DNA of 64,000 nucleotides, taken from positions 1 to 64,000 of the forward strand of contig JAYPQH010000032.1 in NCBI GenBank assembly GCA_038131935.1, given 5' to 3'. This document shows positions 1 through 11,371 of this stretch, in pieces; the stretch's first letter is position 1; every line of letters starts with the position of its first letter. The notes under the pieces are model-generated. The model was not told the origin of the DNA. It worked only from the letters and a program-made list of their open reading frames with translations, and made no database searches. The translations under genes were made by a program, and so were the position numbers. This stretch comes from Alphaproteobacteria bacterium (GTDB lineage: Bacteria; Pseudomonadota; Alphaproteobacteria; UBA8317).

Positions 1-317
1 AAGGCAGTTCGCATCATTTGCTAAACGAATGGCTCGCTGCAACGTCCTTTCAAGATCATTTTGAAAAGCCATACCATTTAAACATTGTGTATTCGCATTT
101 AATCAATCCTGTTTTCGGTGATGGAGAACCTGGTATACCAATACCAATACTAAATGACGAACCCATAGTTGTTTCAGCTTTGTGAACCAAAGATTCAATC
201 ATCAAAAGGATCTCTTGGTAGGTTTTGGGGTATTTTATGTTGGTTATACACACACCCACCGTGACCATCAACACGATTTGATTTGTGTTTTCGTTCCCCA
301 AGATCAATACCACTCAT
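1..317 (-). CDS. ROK family sugar kinase (fructokinase Mak-like), frameshifted, runs off window start
   Basis: Joining frames gives GIDLG(G)TK at the N-terminus, then [17 protein letters not shown] and RLANDANCL, which are ROK motifs; one indel lies in the G-run near 297-300. Confidence 0.8.
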
Positions 318-330
318 AAAGCTGCATGAC

Positions 331-665
331 TTATTCTGAAAATACACGGGCTGGCCATGAGGTGTCTGGGTATAGGCCGCGCGCCATTTTTCCATGGCAT
401 CGTCCCATACCGTTTCCGCAACGATATCTTTGCTCTTAATTAACAATTTTAATGCGTTTTCCCAACAGGCGAAATAATCATCAGAACCATCCAAATCTCT
501 AGCCAATTTTTGCTTTGAGTCAGCCAATTGGGTTGAAAAAACATCGGCCCACTCTTGCCATGAGAAAAAACCAGCTTCATTAAGCGCCACCGTGACCGCA
601 AAAATTTGCGCCTGCCAAGGCTCTGCAAAACCATCTGGCAAATGAGGCATCATTATATCGTTCAT
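331..665 (-). CDS. Nitrile hydratase accessory/activator protein (P14K/NhlE-like)
   Basis: FAEPWQAQIFAVTVAL..GFFSWQEW, YFACWENAL and W..AYTQTPHGQPV motifs; directly downstream of nthB with overlapping stop/start; true stop probably ~331, and the ORF track read-through looks like an indel. Confidence 0.85.
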
Positions 666-1336
666 CTGACAGGCTCCAAATATGACTCCCAAAGGTCTAA
701 CAACATTTGATCATGTTTGTTTTCCGCATGAGCACCCCATAACTGCTCTGCAGAAAATGCAACCGTATAAAGATGTTCGACAACAGGCTTACCATAAGCG
801 TTTTCATCTGGAAGTAGATGACCTTGATGATGGGAAACTATTGTTCCCAAACGCCCCATCGCATACCGCGGCAACCTTGTATGCCCTCCAGGCGAACGCG
901 CTGGGCTATGTGCCATTGTTTTTACCATTTGACCTATCGAATATTTTGGCGCCTTATCAATGGGCCTCTGGGTTGGTGCGCCTCTAGCCAAGACTTCTTC
1001 TACATTTTCACAATGCAAAACACCTGCTTCTAGAGATTGCGGCATGATATCATCAGGATTTTGAAGTTCTTCAGCAGTCACGAGATGTTGTTCAACAAGG
1101 AGATCAGCCACGGCAGAAATCCAGATCATATAATATTCAAAATTTGTATAATCCACCGGTGATAATGATTCTCTAACCCGTCTGGACATGTCGATATTCC
1201 AATGCCCACAAGCACCAGATGCAACCGTCAAGCCAAGCGCCAAACGATGCCAATCCTTTTTATAAATAGGTTCGTCTTGAGAAACTTCGATCATACCATC
1301 ACCGAAGCGTCCGCCCATATCATGTATGCGGGACAT
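662..1336 (-). CDS. nthB: Nitrile hydratase beta subunit
   Basis: [10 protein letters not shown]-terminus, [14 protein letters not shown] and [10 protein letters not shown]-terminus. Confidence 0.95.
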   Translation of the reverse strand: MSRIHDMGGRFGDGMIEVSQDEPIYKKDWHRLALGLTVASGACGHWNIDMSRRVRESLSPVDYTNFEYYMIWISAVADLLVEQHLVTAEELQNPDDIMPQSLEAGVLHCENVEEVLARGAPTQRPIDKAPKYSIGQMVKTMAHSPARSPGGHTRLPRYAMGRLGTIVSHHQGHLLPDENAYGKPVVEHLYTVAFSAEQLWGAHAENKHDQMLLDLWESYLEPVR

Positions 1337-1967
1337 CAGGCGCCTCCACGATAGCCGTGCCAATCATACTATTTCGGGTCACAAGTTGTGCCAATTTCTC
1401 TTCAGGCCAGTCTTCGGTACCATCAGGCTGCTGCGGCAAAACCAAGTAACGAATTTCCGCTGTTGAATCCCAAACCTTTACCTTTGTGTCCTTTGGTAGC
1501 GACAAACCAAATTCTTGCAAGACCGCCCTTGGTTCACGGATAGCACGTGATCGATAAGCATCTGACTTATACCATGTAGGTGGCACCCCAAGAACTGGCC
1601 ATGGGTAACAACTACATAGCGTACAAACAACCAAATTATGCGTTTCGGGGGTATTCTCCACGACAACCATATGCTCGCCTTGACGACCAGAAAAGCCCAA
1701 TGATGCGATAGCTGATGTTGCATCATCCATTAGCTGTTGTTTGAATTTATCGTCTTTCCAAGCTTTTGCGACCACCTTCGCCCCATTTTGAGGTCCAATT
1801 TTATGCGCATAGATGTCTATGATTTTGGCAACAGCTTCAGGATCTATTAATCCCTTTTTCACAAGCACTGTTTCCAGCGCTTTAACACGCAATTCTGGTT
1901 CTGGTGGCAAATGGGAATGGCCATGATCCTGATCATGATCGTGATGATGGGTTTCTTTACGGCTCAT
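1320..1967 (-). CDS. nthA: Cobalt-type nitrile hydratase alpha subunit
   Basis: [11 protein letters not shown] metal-binding motif (T/Y pattern indicates Co-type), [23 protein letters not shown]; His-rich N-terminus. Confidence 0.97.
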   Translation of the reverse strand: MSRKETHHHDHDQDHGHSHLPPEPELRVKALETVLVKKGLIDPEAVAKIIDIYAHKIGPQNGAKVVAKAWKDDKFKQQLMDDATSAIASLGFSGRQGEHMVVVENTPETHNLVVCTLCSCYPWPVLGVPPTWYKSDAYRSRAIREPRAVLQEFGLSLPKDTKVKVWDSTAEIRYLVLPQQPDGTEDWPEEKLAQLVTRNSMIGTAIVEAPDVPHT

Positions 1968-2075
1968 GCTAGATCCTTTTCACAATGGTCCAGTTGATCT
2001 AAAGTGCACAAGGACGTTATGATTTACAAGTACCCGAACGTCTTGCTCTTACTCTCTCACCCTCATCCTAAGGAG

Positions 2076-2743
2076 ATGATGATGCATTATGATACAAACA
2101 CCAATGACCATGGTCTTCCCCATGACCCGTTTAAAGCGATTGTGGCGCCAAGACCTATCGGATGGATTGGTACACAAAGTACAACTGGCGTTATGAATTT
2201 GGCACTTACAGCTACTTCAATGCCGTTGCCGATAAGCCCTATTATTTAACATTTGGGTCAGTGGGTTTGAAAGACAGCATTGTAAATATAGAACAAACAG
2301 GTGTGTTCACAGCATCGCTATGCACAGAAGACTTGTTTGAACATATGAATGGGTCCTCAGTAGCCAGTGGACCAGAGGTTGATGAATTCGCCTTAACAGG
2401 AACCACCCCTCAAATGGGAAAGTTTGTGAATGCTCCATTTGTAGCAGAAGCAGCAGCGGCATTCGAGTGTGAACTTTATCAAGTTATTGACCTTCCAGGC
2501 TGTGACCGTAGCCAGGGAACCGGGCGCTATGTTGTTCTAGGTCGTGTTGTTGGTACATATATCAACGATAAATATATCGTTGACGGGCGGTTTGATACAC
2601 GGTCCGCTCGCCCCTTAGGACGATGCGGATACATGGATTATACCGTCGTTCAAGATTCAAGTATGTTCGAAGCCAACAGACCCCAGCTCGATGAAAATGG
2701 GAAACTTAAACCTGTTGAAGCCTGGGACGGTGTATATCGATAA
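2076..2743 (+). CDS. Flavin reductase family protein (DIM6/NTAB, RutF-like), one frameshift near 2205
   Basis: PFKAIVAPRPIGWI, then YSYFN and RPLGRCGYMDY in the second frame; AGGAG RBS at ~2071. Confidence 0.85.
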
Positions 2744-2767
2744 CAGGACTAGCAATAATTAACGTTG

Positions 2768-3529
2768 TTAATGATTGAGAATTTGATCCAAAAACAGTTT
2801 TGTTCTGTCATTCTGTGGATTTGAAAAAAAGGTGGCTGGATCATTCTGCTCAATGATCTTCCACCATCCATGAAAATAACGCTGATCTGCTACCTTTTGC
2901 GCAAAGCCCATCTCATGGGTTACCACCAACATGGTCATGCCGGTCTCTGCAAGTTCAATCATTGTATCAAGAACTTCTTTAATCATTTCAGGATCAAGTG
3001 CTGATGTTGGCTCATCAAACAACATAATTTTTGGTGTCATACATAAAGATCTAGCAATAGCAACACGCTGCTGTTGGCCACCTGACAATTGACCAGGGTA
3101 TTTTTTGCCTGCTCAGGAATTTTTACACGTGCGAGATATTCCATGGCCAATTCTTCAGCCTCAAGACGCGGCATTTTCTTAACCCATATTGGTGCAAGGT
3201 GCAATTTTCAAAACAGTAAGGTGCGGAAATAAATTGAAAGACTGAATACCATACCAACATCACGACGCACCATTTCAAGATTTTTCAAATTGATGTAAGC
3301 GACATCGTTGACGATAATATCGCCCCTTCTGATGAGCTCCAAAACGGTTAATACATCTGATCAAAGTTGATTTCCCTGAGCCAGATGGTCCACATATAAC
3401 AATTCGCTCACCAGCTTTCACATTCAAATTTATATTTTTTAGAACATGAAATTCACCATACCATTTATGCATTTGATTGATGGTGATCACGATATTGTCG
3501 GATGAATCTATTTTGGTTTGCGTGTTCAT
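2768..3529 (-). CDS. aapP: General L-amino-acid ABC transporter ATP-binding subunit (frameshifted)
   Basis: GPSGSGKST Walker A, LSGGQQQRVAIAR signature, MLFDEPTSALDPEM; last gene of aapJQMP. Confidence 0.9.
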
Positions 3530-3539
3530 CAGGAAACTC

Positions 3540-4652
3540 CTATTGATAGCCTCGCGCAAGCCTGCGCTCCAACCATAGTGAGTAGCGAGACATAGCAAAA
3601 CAACTCACGAAAAAAAACAAAGCAACGAACATGTATGTTTCTGTAGACAGTCCATTCCAGTTGCTGTCAGCCAGTGCAGCACGACCGATACCCAATGGAT
3701 CAAGTAGACCAATAACAACAACCAATGTTGTGTCTTTATACAATCCGATAAATGTATTCATGATACCAGGTATCGAAATTCTGAGCGCTTGTGGCAGCGT
3801 AATCAAACGGGTTGTTTGCCAATATGTCAGCGCCATAGCATGTGCAGCCTCATATTGCCCCCTTGGTATAGCTTGAATACCTCCGCGAATGACCTCAGCA
3901 ATGTAGGCTGCAGCAAAAAACGTCACCATAATAAGAACACGAACCAACAAATTAAAGTTTGTTCCTGGCGGCAAGAAATAGTTGAGCATGGTAGACGCAA
4001 CAAACAATAACGTGATGAGTGGAACACCGCGCATGAATTCAATGAATGTGACGCAAATAACCCGCACAGATAGAAGGTTCGATTGCCTTCCCAAGGCCAG
4101 AAGGATGCCCAACGGCAGGGAAGCAGAAATCCCTGTAATACCAACGATCATGGTAAGCATGAAGCCGCCAAAAACTGAGGTCTCAACTTCCACCAAGCCA
4201 AAATAACCACCGCAAATCAGAATGAAGGCCACGACAGGATAAAATAGAGAGAACCAAATCAAATAACGACGTAAAGGGAGCTCTGGGTATAGAAGGGGTG
4301 CGGCAGCAACAAACATAAGGATAAAGGCAAGATCTGCACGCCAACGCTCTGCATCTGGATAAAACCCATAGACAAACTGACCAATCCTACGGGTAATAAC
4401 AGCCCAACATGCACCATCATCTATCGCCTTGCATGCCACCCTATTATCGGCATCAAATACAGCATCCCAAACCACCCATCCACCTGCATGAACAACAAGA
4501 AAATAGATAAAGTAGCCAAACAGGAAGGTTAACAAACTATTTGAAACAGATGAAAAAAGATTGCTGCGTATCCATCCTAAAACACCTGAAGTTCCAGGTG
4601 GAGGTGGAAGATCAGGGTGCTTTCCTGGTTGATATTGTATAGTATCTGTCAT
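3540..4652 (-). CDS. aapM: Amino-acid ABC transporter permease
   Basis: GACW, FIEFMRGVPLI, AEVIRGGIQAIPRGQYEAA (EAA loop), KDTTLV. Confidence 0.9.
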   Translation of the reverse strand: MTDTIQYQPGKHPDLPPPPGTSGVLGWIRSNLFSSVSNSLLTFLFGYFIYFLVVHAGGWVVWDAVFDADNRVACKAIDDGACWAVITRRIGQFVYGFYPDAERWRADLAFILMFVAAAPLLYPELPLRRYLIWFSLFYPVVAFILICGGYFGLVEVETSVFGGFMLTMIVGITGISASLPLGILLALGRQSNLLSVRVICVTFIEFMRGVPLITLLFVASTMLNYFLPPGTNFNLLVRVLIMVTFFAAAYIAEVIRGGIQAIPRGQYEAAHAMALTYWQTTRLITLPQALRISIPGIMNTFIGLYKDTTLVVVIGLLDPLGIGRAALADSNWNGLSTETYMFVALFFFVSCFAMSRYSLWLERRLARGYQ

Positions 4653-4654
4653 GA

Positions 4655-5820
4655 TTATCGCTCCACCAAACGTGCACGATGATTATACCAATTCATCAGT
4701 AAAGAAATGGATAACGATATCGATAAATAAACAGCCATCACCAAAATCATTGCCTCGATTTCACGCCCTGTTTGATTCAACGTAATCCCACCTAAAGTCG
4801 CGACAAGGTCCATGTAACCAATGGCAATCGCCAAAGAAGAATTCTTAGTAAGGTTAAGATATTGAGAGGTAAGTGGTGGTATAATGACCCTTCTTGCTTG
4901 AGGAAGAATGACCATATTCATTACAAAATTAGGTTTTAGCCCCAAAGCTTCAGCAGCCTCACGTTGTCCTTTATGAACAGACAAAATTCCAGCGCGAACA
5001 ATTTCAGCAATAAAAGCGGCCGTGTACACCGATAATGCGAAGGTAAGTGCGACCAACTCTGGGAGAACATGTATTCCACCTTGAAAATTAAACCCTCGAA
5101 GTACGGGAAAAGAAAAATGCAAGGGTGAATCCATAAATATGAACACAACAACCGGAAGGCCCAACACAAGAATAGCGCAGGGTAAGAGCCTTGGTAAAAT
5201 TTTACCCGTTCGCTCTTGGGTGATAATTGCATATCGCCGCCACATAAATGCGCCCACCAAGCCAACAATTATCGCCAAATACACCCAAGAAAACCCCGAC
5301 AAAGCTTGTGGCTCTGGAATATAGAGACCACGATTGGCCACAAACATGCTGTCAGAGAAAAAATTATGTGCCTGCCTTGGCGCAGGCATCGTGTTGATTA
5401 AAATGCCGTGCCACAACAGAATCTGCAACAAGACAGGCACATTTCTGGAAAATTCCACATACCAATAGGTAACATTACGTGCCAGCCAATTTTGAGACAG
5501 CCTTAAGACCCCCAGAATCACACCGAGTATCGTCGCAAAGACAATTCCAATAGCCGCCACCAACAATGTATTCAAAAGACCAACCAACGATGCCCGAAAA
5601 TGGCTGTCACGGTTGTTATAGTCGATCAATGACTGATTGATATCATAACCAGCGGGAAGACTTAAAAAACTCAAAGCCAAAATTTTATTCAATGCAGCGA
5701 AATTTCCAACTACATTTCCGACAAGCCACAAATCGCTGAGAAAACGGCCAAGATGACCATGATTTGAATGATGACATGGCGTATACGCTCATCATTCCAA
5801 GCATTGGTAATGAACGACAT
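4655..5820 (-). CDS. aapQ: Amino-acid ABC transporter permease (frameshift near N-terminus)
   Basis: YVEFSRNVPVLLQ, AEIVRAGILSVHKGQREAA, LTKNSSLAIAIGY; ATG at 5820 (MSFITNAW...). Confidence 0.9.
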
Positions 5821-5892
5821 GATCCATCCTTTCCCTACGAAACGCTCTCAAAGCACAAGTCTTAGAAGCGTAAGGCCAAGAAGCCTACACCC

Positions 5893-5916
5893 CTCCACCA
5901 AAAACACCTGGTGGAG
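5893..5916 (-). terminator. Stem-loop between aapJ and aapQ (attenuator or mRNA stabiliser)
   Basis: ctccacca-N8-tggtggag inverted repeat immediately after the aapJ stop. Confidence 0.5.
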
Positions 5917-5943
5917 AGGAAAAATTAACCAACCAGTTCTAGA

Positions 5944-6971
5944 TTAGCGAACTGGCGGGGCGTACTGAAGTCCACCATCTGTGTAAAGAGCATTCAGGCC
6001 ACGTGAAATATTGAGAGGTGTACCAGCACCTAGATTGCGTTCAAAAATTTCACCATAGTTCCCTACTGCTGCAATGGCGTTTACAGCCCAATCAGGGTTC
6101 AAACCAAGAGCTTCAATACCTTGAAGTTTGTCCTTACCCAATAAGCGGTTTACCTCAGGGTTTTTGGATCCGCTTGCAGCGATTTCACGCACATTTCCAG
6201 ATGTGAGACCGAGTTCTTCAGCAGCCACAAGCGCCTTCAATGTCCAGCTAACAATGTCCGCCCACTGGTCGTCGCCATGGCGCACAACTGGTCCCAAAGG
6301 CTCTTTGGAGATGATTTCAGGTAAAATCATATGTGCTGCTGGATCATCAAAAGTAGAACGTGTTGCATAAAGACCTGATGCATCCGTGGTGTACGCGTCG
6401 CAGCGGCCTGCAAGATAGTTTTCACGCGCTTCAGCGTTGGTCTCGATAGGCACTGGGTTGTACTGCATGTTGTTACGCGTAAAATACTCAGCGAGGTTAA
6501 GTTCTGTGGTGGTTCCTGTCTGGATACAGATTGATGCACCATTCAGTTCTTTGCAGACTTTACACCCAAAGCAGTAGGTACAATAAAGCCCTGACCATCA
6601 TAGTAGTTCACACCAACAAAGGTCTGCTGAAGGTCAGCATCTCTTGAAAATGTCCAAGTGGTATTCCGAGAAAGCACTTCACCTTCACCCGAACGCAATT
6701 TGGTAAAACGGGTTTTACCTGTTGCTGTAACGTAGCCGACCGCATTTGCGTCACCAAGCGTAGCGGCTGCAACTGCACGACAAAAATCAACATCAAATCC
6801 TGTCCAATTTCCCTTATCATCAGGAGCTGCAAAACCTGCAAGGCCCGTATTGATGATACAGTTTAATTTTCCACGGGAACGGACGTCATCTAATGTAGCT
6901 GCTGATGCCACAGCTCCTATCGACAAACTCGCGAGAGTTGCCATCATCATTGTCTTCATTTTCATAACCAT
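5944..6971 (-). CDS. aapJ: Amino-acid ABC transporter substrate-binding protein (frameshift ~6545)
   Basis: Signal peptide, TLDDVRSRGKLNC, GFDVDFCRAVAAA, RNTTWTFSRD, ISKEPLGPVVRHGDDQW, VGNYGEIFERN. Confidence 0.93.
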
Positions 6972-7075
6972 TCTCCCAATCAGTACTGCAGAACCACATG
7001 GTTCTAACGTAGAATTACGGTTCTTTTAAATTTTTTCAAGAAAACATCTTGAATATCCAACAAAAGAACCTCGTT

Positions 7076-8059
7076 TTATGCTTTGTCATCCTCCAGAAAC
7101 CAACGAATATTATCATCGAAGCTTCGATCTTGCGCGAAACCAAGCCTTATTGCCTTCTCTGGTAGAACTTTGCAGGCTACCCCTCTTACCAAATTCTCCA
7201 CAAAAGGATCGACTTTATAAGTAATTCTATTGACGGGCTCCTCCCCTGCAACCCGCTTCATGGAAGAAATCATTTCTTCGATCGAAACAGAAATGCCAGG
7301 AAGAGCAATGGCACGCTGCATTCCCCCAATCATCGGCGGAAACTTTCCTGCATGGATTAAATTTGTTATGATGGTTCTGGCACTAACCCACATGGCCAAA
7401 TGGGTGGAGACTGACAGATTGTTTCAACCCTGCAGCGGTTCCCCTGAAAAGCCCTGATGCAAAACCTGATGCAGCTGCATTTGGTTTACCTGGCCGAATG
7501 GTAACGGTAGGTAATCTCAAACTGCAACCATCAAAGTACCCTTTCCTACTGTAATCATTGATGAGCAATTCCAAATCGCTTTGGCTACCATAACTATCGG
7601 GTTTGGATTATTGATAGATGATCGAGTGAGATAGGTCCGTCACAGTACTTCACCGCCAAAAACAGCCAATGATGATAAAAAATCAACTTTGTGTCAGTTG
7701 CTTGTGCGCGAATGGCATCAAGAATTTTGATCCCCCCATATAAATTTGTTCTGTATCCAACATCAAATTCCAATTCAGCTTGTCCAGAAACCACAGACGC
7801 AAGAAGATAGATACAACATCATAATAATTTTGAAAGACGTTTGAGATAAAGTCTTCATCAGCAAACATTCCCAACATGTTGAATAATCTCGGCAACATTG
7901 GGGAAATCAATGGGAACAGCAGTCATATCTGCACTGGTAACGGATGCGATAGGATGCCCACAATTCATGCCCCATCAGCAAATAGTTGGCGCAATAATTT
8001 TGCCCCAAAGCCGGCACTACTAAGAATAAGAATGTTTTCCAACTTTGCTCAGCAACCAT
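7076..8059 (-). CDS. NAD-dependent epimerase/dehydratase family protein, D-erythronate dehydrogenase (DenD)-like; several frameshifts
   Basis: Fragments VSGQAELEFDVGYRTNL, ELLINDYSRKGYFDG.SLRLPTVTIRPGKPNAAASGF, LPGISVSIEEM. Confidence 0.75.
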
Positions 8060-8137
8060 TATTCTCCTGATATGCTTCGCTTGTGTCTTCGTGGCTGACT
8101 GTCCGCGTGCCACAAGTTTCTGTCAATTGGTTGCTTC

Positions 8138-9491
8138 ATGACAAATAAAGAAAAGACAGCAGGTGGCCGTCGCGCACAAATGCTCTCTGGTCCTATAGGT
8201 ATTACGCTTCTGCGATTTGCATCGCCAACATTGCTTGGCGCTATTATCCAATCTTCCGTCGGTATTGTGGAAGGTATAGCTATTGGAGGACTAGGCATTG
8301 AAGCACTTGCGGGATCAGCACTCATCTATCCCTTGGTCATTCTTACCCAGATGTTTTCATCAGGGGCCATTGGCGGCACCACCTCAGGAGCCATGGCGCG
8401 CGCCATAGGTGCCAATGACCCCAAACAAATGAGCCAAGTTATTCATGCAACACTCGTCATTGCAATCTCTAATGCCATACTGATGGGATCTATTCTTTTG
8501 TTTATAGGTCCTTCATTATTTAGCTTGTTGGGGAGAAATGGCACCGTTCTGGAGAGCAAGCCTCGCCTACGGTGACATCTTCTTTGTCGGTATGATCAGT
8601 ATGTGGCTGTTCAATATGATTGCAGGTTTGTTTCGCGGTTCAGGTCAAATGTTTATACCTCTGCTTTGCCCTTGGAACAGTCAGTGTTTTACACGCCCTC
8701 ATCTGCTTTCCCCTTGTTGAGGAATACGGCATTCGTGGAGCTGCGATGGCATTGGTTTTTGCTTACAGCATAGGCTCCATCTTGCTTATAACCCGCTTGT
8801 TTCAATCGTCATCTGGCATCAAGCCAGATCGACACCACGGCTTGCCTATCAACTTTCTTTTAACCCTTTATAAAAAAGGACTCATGGCAGCGTCTAACCC
8901 AGTTCTGACCATTTCCACATCTCTTCTTATCACCTCATTTGCCAGCCAGCTTGGGTTACATGTATTGGCGGGTATGGGATTGTTGTGCGCTTGGAACTTG
9001 TTGTCATGCCCATCACCTATGGAATAGGCGCCTCACTCATCGCGATGGTTGGGGCGAATTTAGGTGCTGACAACCGAAACCGTGCAATATCCATTGCATG
9101 GACGGGTTCATTCATTGCAGCTGGAATTGCAGCGAGTATAGGAATATTTGTGGGCATATACCCGGATGTTTGGCTTCCCCTATTTTCACCAAATGATGAC
9201 GTTGCTGAGATGGCCCGTTTAGGCCTAGCGATCATCGCGCCTTGCTATGGTTTCATGGGTCTTGGGCTTGGCTTGTATTTCTCAAGCCATGGTATGGGAA
9301 CAATCGAGTGGGCCGTAGCAGGTGCAGTTTTGCGTTTAATTATTATCATCCTGGGGACCCTCACCCTGATGATGACAGATATGTTTGTGCCAGCCAGCCT
9401 CTTTGCTGTTGTTGCTCTGGCTATTACTATCTATGGCGTTATGGTCGCTTTGGCTTTGCACTTAGGTCCATGGCAGCGAAAACCATTATAA
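8138..9491 (+). CDS. MATE family efflux transporter (frameshifted into several ORFs)
   Basis: GLGIEALAG..LIYP...QMFSSGAIGG, RLELVVMPITYGIGASLIAMVGANLGA; multi-TM. Confidence 0.85.
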
Positions 9492-9561
9492 AAATACATT
9501 AAAACAAATATTTATAGAATATATTTTAATGGATACCAAACAACAAGATCATTTTCAAAGC

Positions 9562-11100
9562 TTATGAATTTTGTCTTTCCTTTAAAACCCATCGATCACC
9601 CAACGTCATGATGGCATCCAACTCGGTAACGGATTTACGATCTAAATTTTTGAGCTGCATGGTCATTCGAGGATTATTTGCAAACCGTTCTTTATGTTTT
9701 GCCAAAAATCTCCAATAAAGTGTTGTCATGGGACATGCTTTGGGTCCAAGTGCCTGACTTGGATCATATTGGCATTGCCTGCAATAATCACTCATCCGAT
9801 TGATGTAAGCACCACTGGCACAATATGGTTTTGAAGCCAGATAACCATTATCAGCATACTGCGACATCCCCATAACATTTGGCATCGAAACCCAATCAAT
9901 CGCATCGGCAAATAAGGCCATGTGCCATATATGCAGTTTTTGGGGATGAACCCCCAATAACATCGCATAAAGACCAAGCACCATGAGCCTCTCAATATGA
10001 TGCGTATACGCATGTTCCATAACGTGATGCATAGACTCATCAATACATTTCATGGTTGAACCTTTCCCCCATAAGGAGGCAGGCACATCTTCTTCTGCAT
10101 CAAGGGCATTAAGCTGTTCATAAGATGGCATCATCTGAAAATAGATACCCCTCACATATTCTCTCCACCCCAATATTTGGCGAATAAAACCTTCAACAGC
10201 ATTTAACGGAGCCCCAGCAATCATCGCTGCTTCAGCTTTTTGTACACATAGGCGTGGGTTCAAAAGATGCAAATTGAGAGAAGATGACAATCTGCCATGG
10301 AACAAAAATGTATGACCTGTTGCCATGGCATCTTGATATCGACCATAATTAACCAATCTGGTGTTTATAAAGTCTTCCAAAGCGATTTCTGCTTGTTGGG
10401 GTGTAACTGGGTAATCAAAACCTTTCACGCTTCCTGGGTGATGTGGAAAGTTAACATCAACTTCTTCCATAACCTGCAACGTAATCTTGTCTGGTTCAAA
10501 ACCTTTGAGTGGTGGTATTTCTGGGGGGCCTTGTTTGCCAAAGCTTTTCCGATTGTCATGATCAAAATTCCATTGCCCACCAATTGGCTGCCCCTCTTCA
10601 TCCATTAAGATCTTATATTTTTTGCGAAGATTACGATAAAAATATTCCATTCGGATTGATTTTCGTCCCTTGGAAAAGGAAGAAAAATCTTCAGGGGTTG
10701 TATAAAAATGAGGGTCTGGGACAATTTCAAGTGTAACACCATGCTTGCAGCACCAAGCACGAAACTCGTTTTCTACAGCAACATCCCCAGGCTGCATCAC
10801 ACGCAATGTCTTAAATGCTTCATCAGTCCAAAATCGATCGAGCGCCTCTGAGAAACTCATACAACGATCATTTTTATTCAATTGAATATATTCTATGTCT
10901 ATTTCTTGTTGAGAACAGGCCTGTTTAAAATGTCTCATGGCTGAAAAAAATAATACAATTTTCTTTTTATGTGCTTTTGGTATGGATGCAGCATCCACCA
11001 CCTCTGCCATAGCCAATCGATGTTGCTCAGGATCAAAGTCAACCAAGAAGGGATGATCTTTCATCAATTGATCGCCAAACAAAAAATGTAACGAACGCAA
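9562..11100 (-). CDS. phrB: FeS-BCP (6-4) photolyase / cryptochrome (PhrB/CryB family)
   Basis: GDQL, HKKKIVLFFSAMRHF, RMEYFYR, GGQWNFDHDNR, EGFIRQILGWREY, HHIERLMV, and four Fe-S Cys (MKC, YCRQC, ACP). Confidence 0.93.
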   Translation of the reverse strand: MRSLHFLFGDQLMKDHPFLVDFDPEQHRLAMAEVVDAASIPKAHKKKIVLFFSAMRHFKQACSQQEIDIEYIQLNKNDRCMSFSEALDRFWTDEAFKTLRVMQPGDVAVENEFRAWCCKHGVTLEIVPDPHFYTTPEDFSSFSKGRKSIRMEYFYRNLRKKYKILMDEEGQPIGGQWNFDHDNRKSFGKQGPPEIPPLKGFEPDKITLQVMEEVDVNFPHHPGSVKGFDYPVTPQQAEIALEDFINTRLVNYGRYQDAMATGHTFLFHGRLSSSLNLHLLNPRLCVQKAEAAMIAGAPLNAVEGFIRQILGWREYVRGIYFQMMPSYEQLNALDAEEDVPASLWGKGSTMKCIDESMHHVMEHAYTHHIERLMVLGLYAMLLGVHPQKLHIWHMALFADAIDWVSMPNVMGMSQYADNGYLASKPYCASGAYINRMSDYCRQCQYDPSQALGPKACPMTTLYWRFLAKHKERFANNPRMTMQLKNLDRKSVTELDAIMTLGDRWVLKERQNS

Positions 11101-11154
11101 ATGCTGAATCCTTAACCTTACTCAAACATCATCATGATGTAGCCTGAAGATAAG

Positions 11155-11183
11155 AAAAAAGGAGACCTAATGAGGTCTCCTTT
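11155..11183 (-). terminator. Intrinsic terminator ending the small-ORF transcript upstream of phrB
   Basis: aaaaaa-ggagacct-aatg-aggtctcc-ttt; perfect stem with a U-tract on the minus strand. Confidence 0.8.
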
Positions 11184-11210
11184 ACGTATTTGTTAGGATG
11201 TGAGGGCTGA

Positions 11211-11294
11211 CTATCTAACGCCACCTGATGCCAAAGCAATTCTATGCACCCAACACCAAAGCTTCTTACAACCCAAATCACTTCCATGAGACAT
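11211..11294 (-). CDS. Unannotated 27-aa small ORF MSHGSDLGCKKLWCWVHRIALASGGVR (or dual-function sRNA)
   Basis: ATG preceded by AGAAAGGAGGTGATCC, followed by its own terminator; below the ORF-track cutoff. Confidence 0.55.
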   Translation of the reverse strand: MSHGSDLGCKKLWCWVHRIALASGGVR

Positions 11295-11309
11295 AGGATC
11301 ACCTCCTTT

Positions 11310-11331
11310 CTGTTGTTGATATCAACAACAG
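11310..11331. promoter_or_regulatory. Perfect 22-bp palindrome (operator or 5' hairpin)
   Basis: CTGTTGTTGAT|ATCAACAACAG; overlaps a candidate minus-strand promoter TTGCTG-N17-TAGGCT. Confidence 0.6.
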
Positions 11332-11371
11332 CCTAAGCCGCCATGTTGCGCGCAGCAACACCAAACAAGAC

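Noticed and set aside
7076-9491. denD-like and MATE genes as true pseudogenes
   Set aside because: The same kind of indel affects core genes such as hom and acnB, so sequencing error is the simpler explanation.
11296-11311. GGATCACCTCCTTTCT as a 16S rRNA gene fragment
   Set aside because: Only 16 nt match and the flanks show no rRNA similarity; on the opposite strand it is an extended Shine-Dalgarno in front of an ATG.
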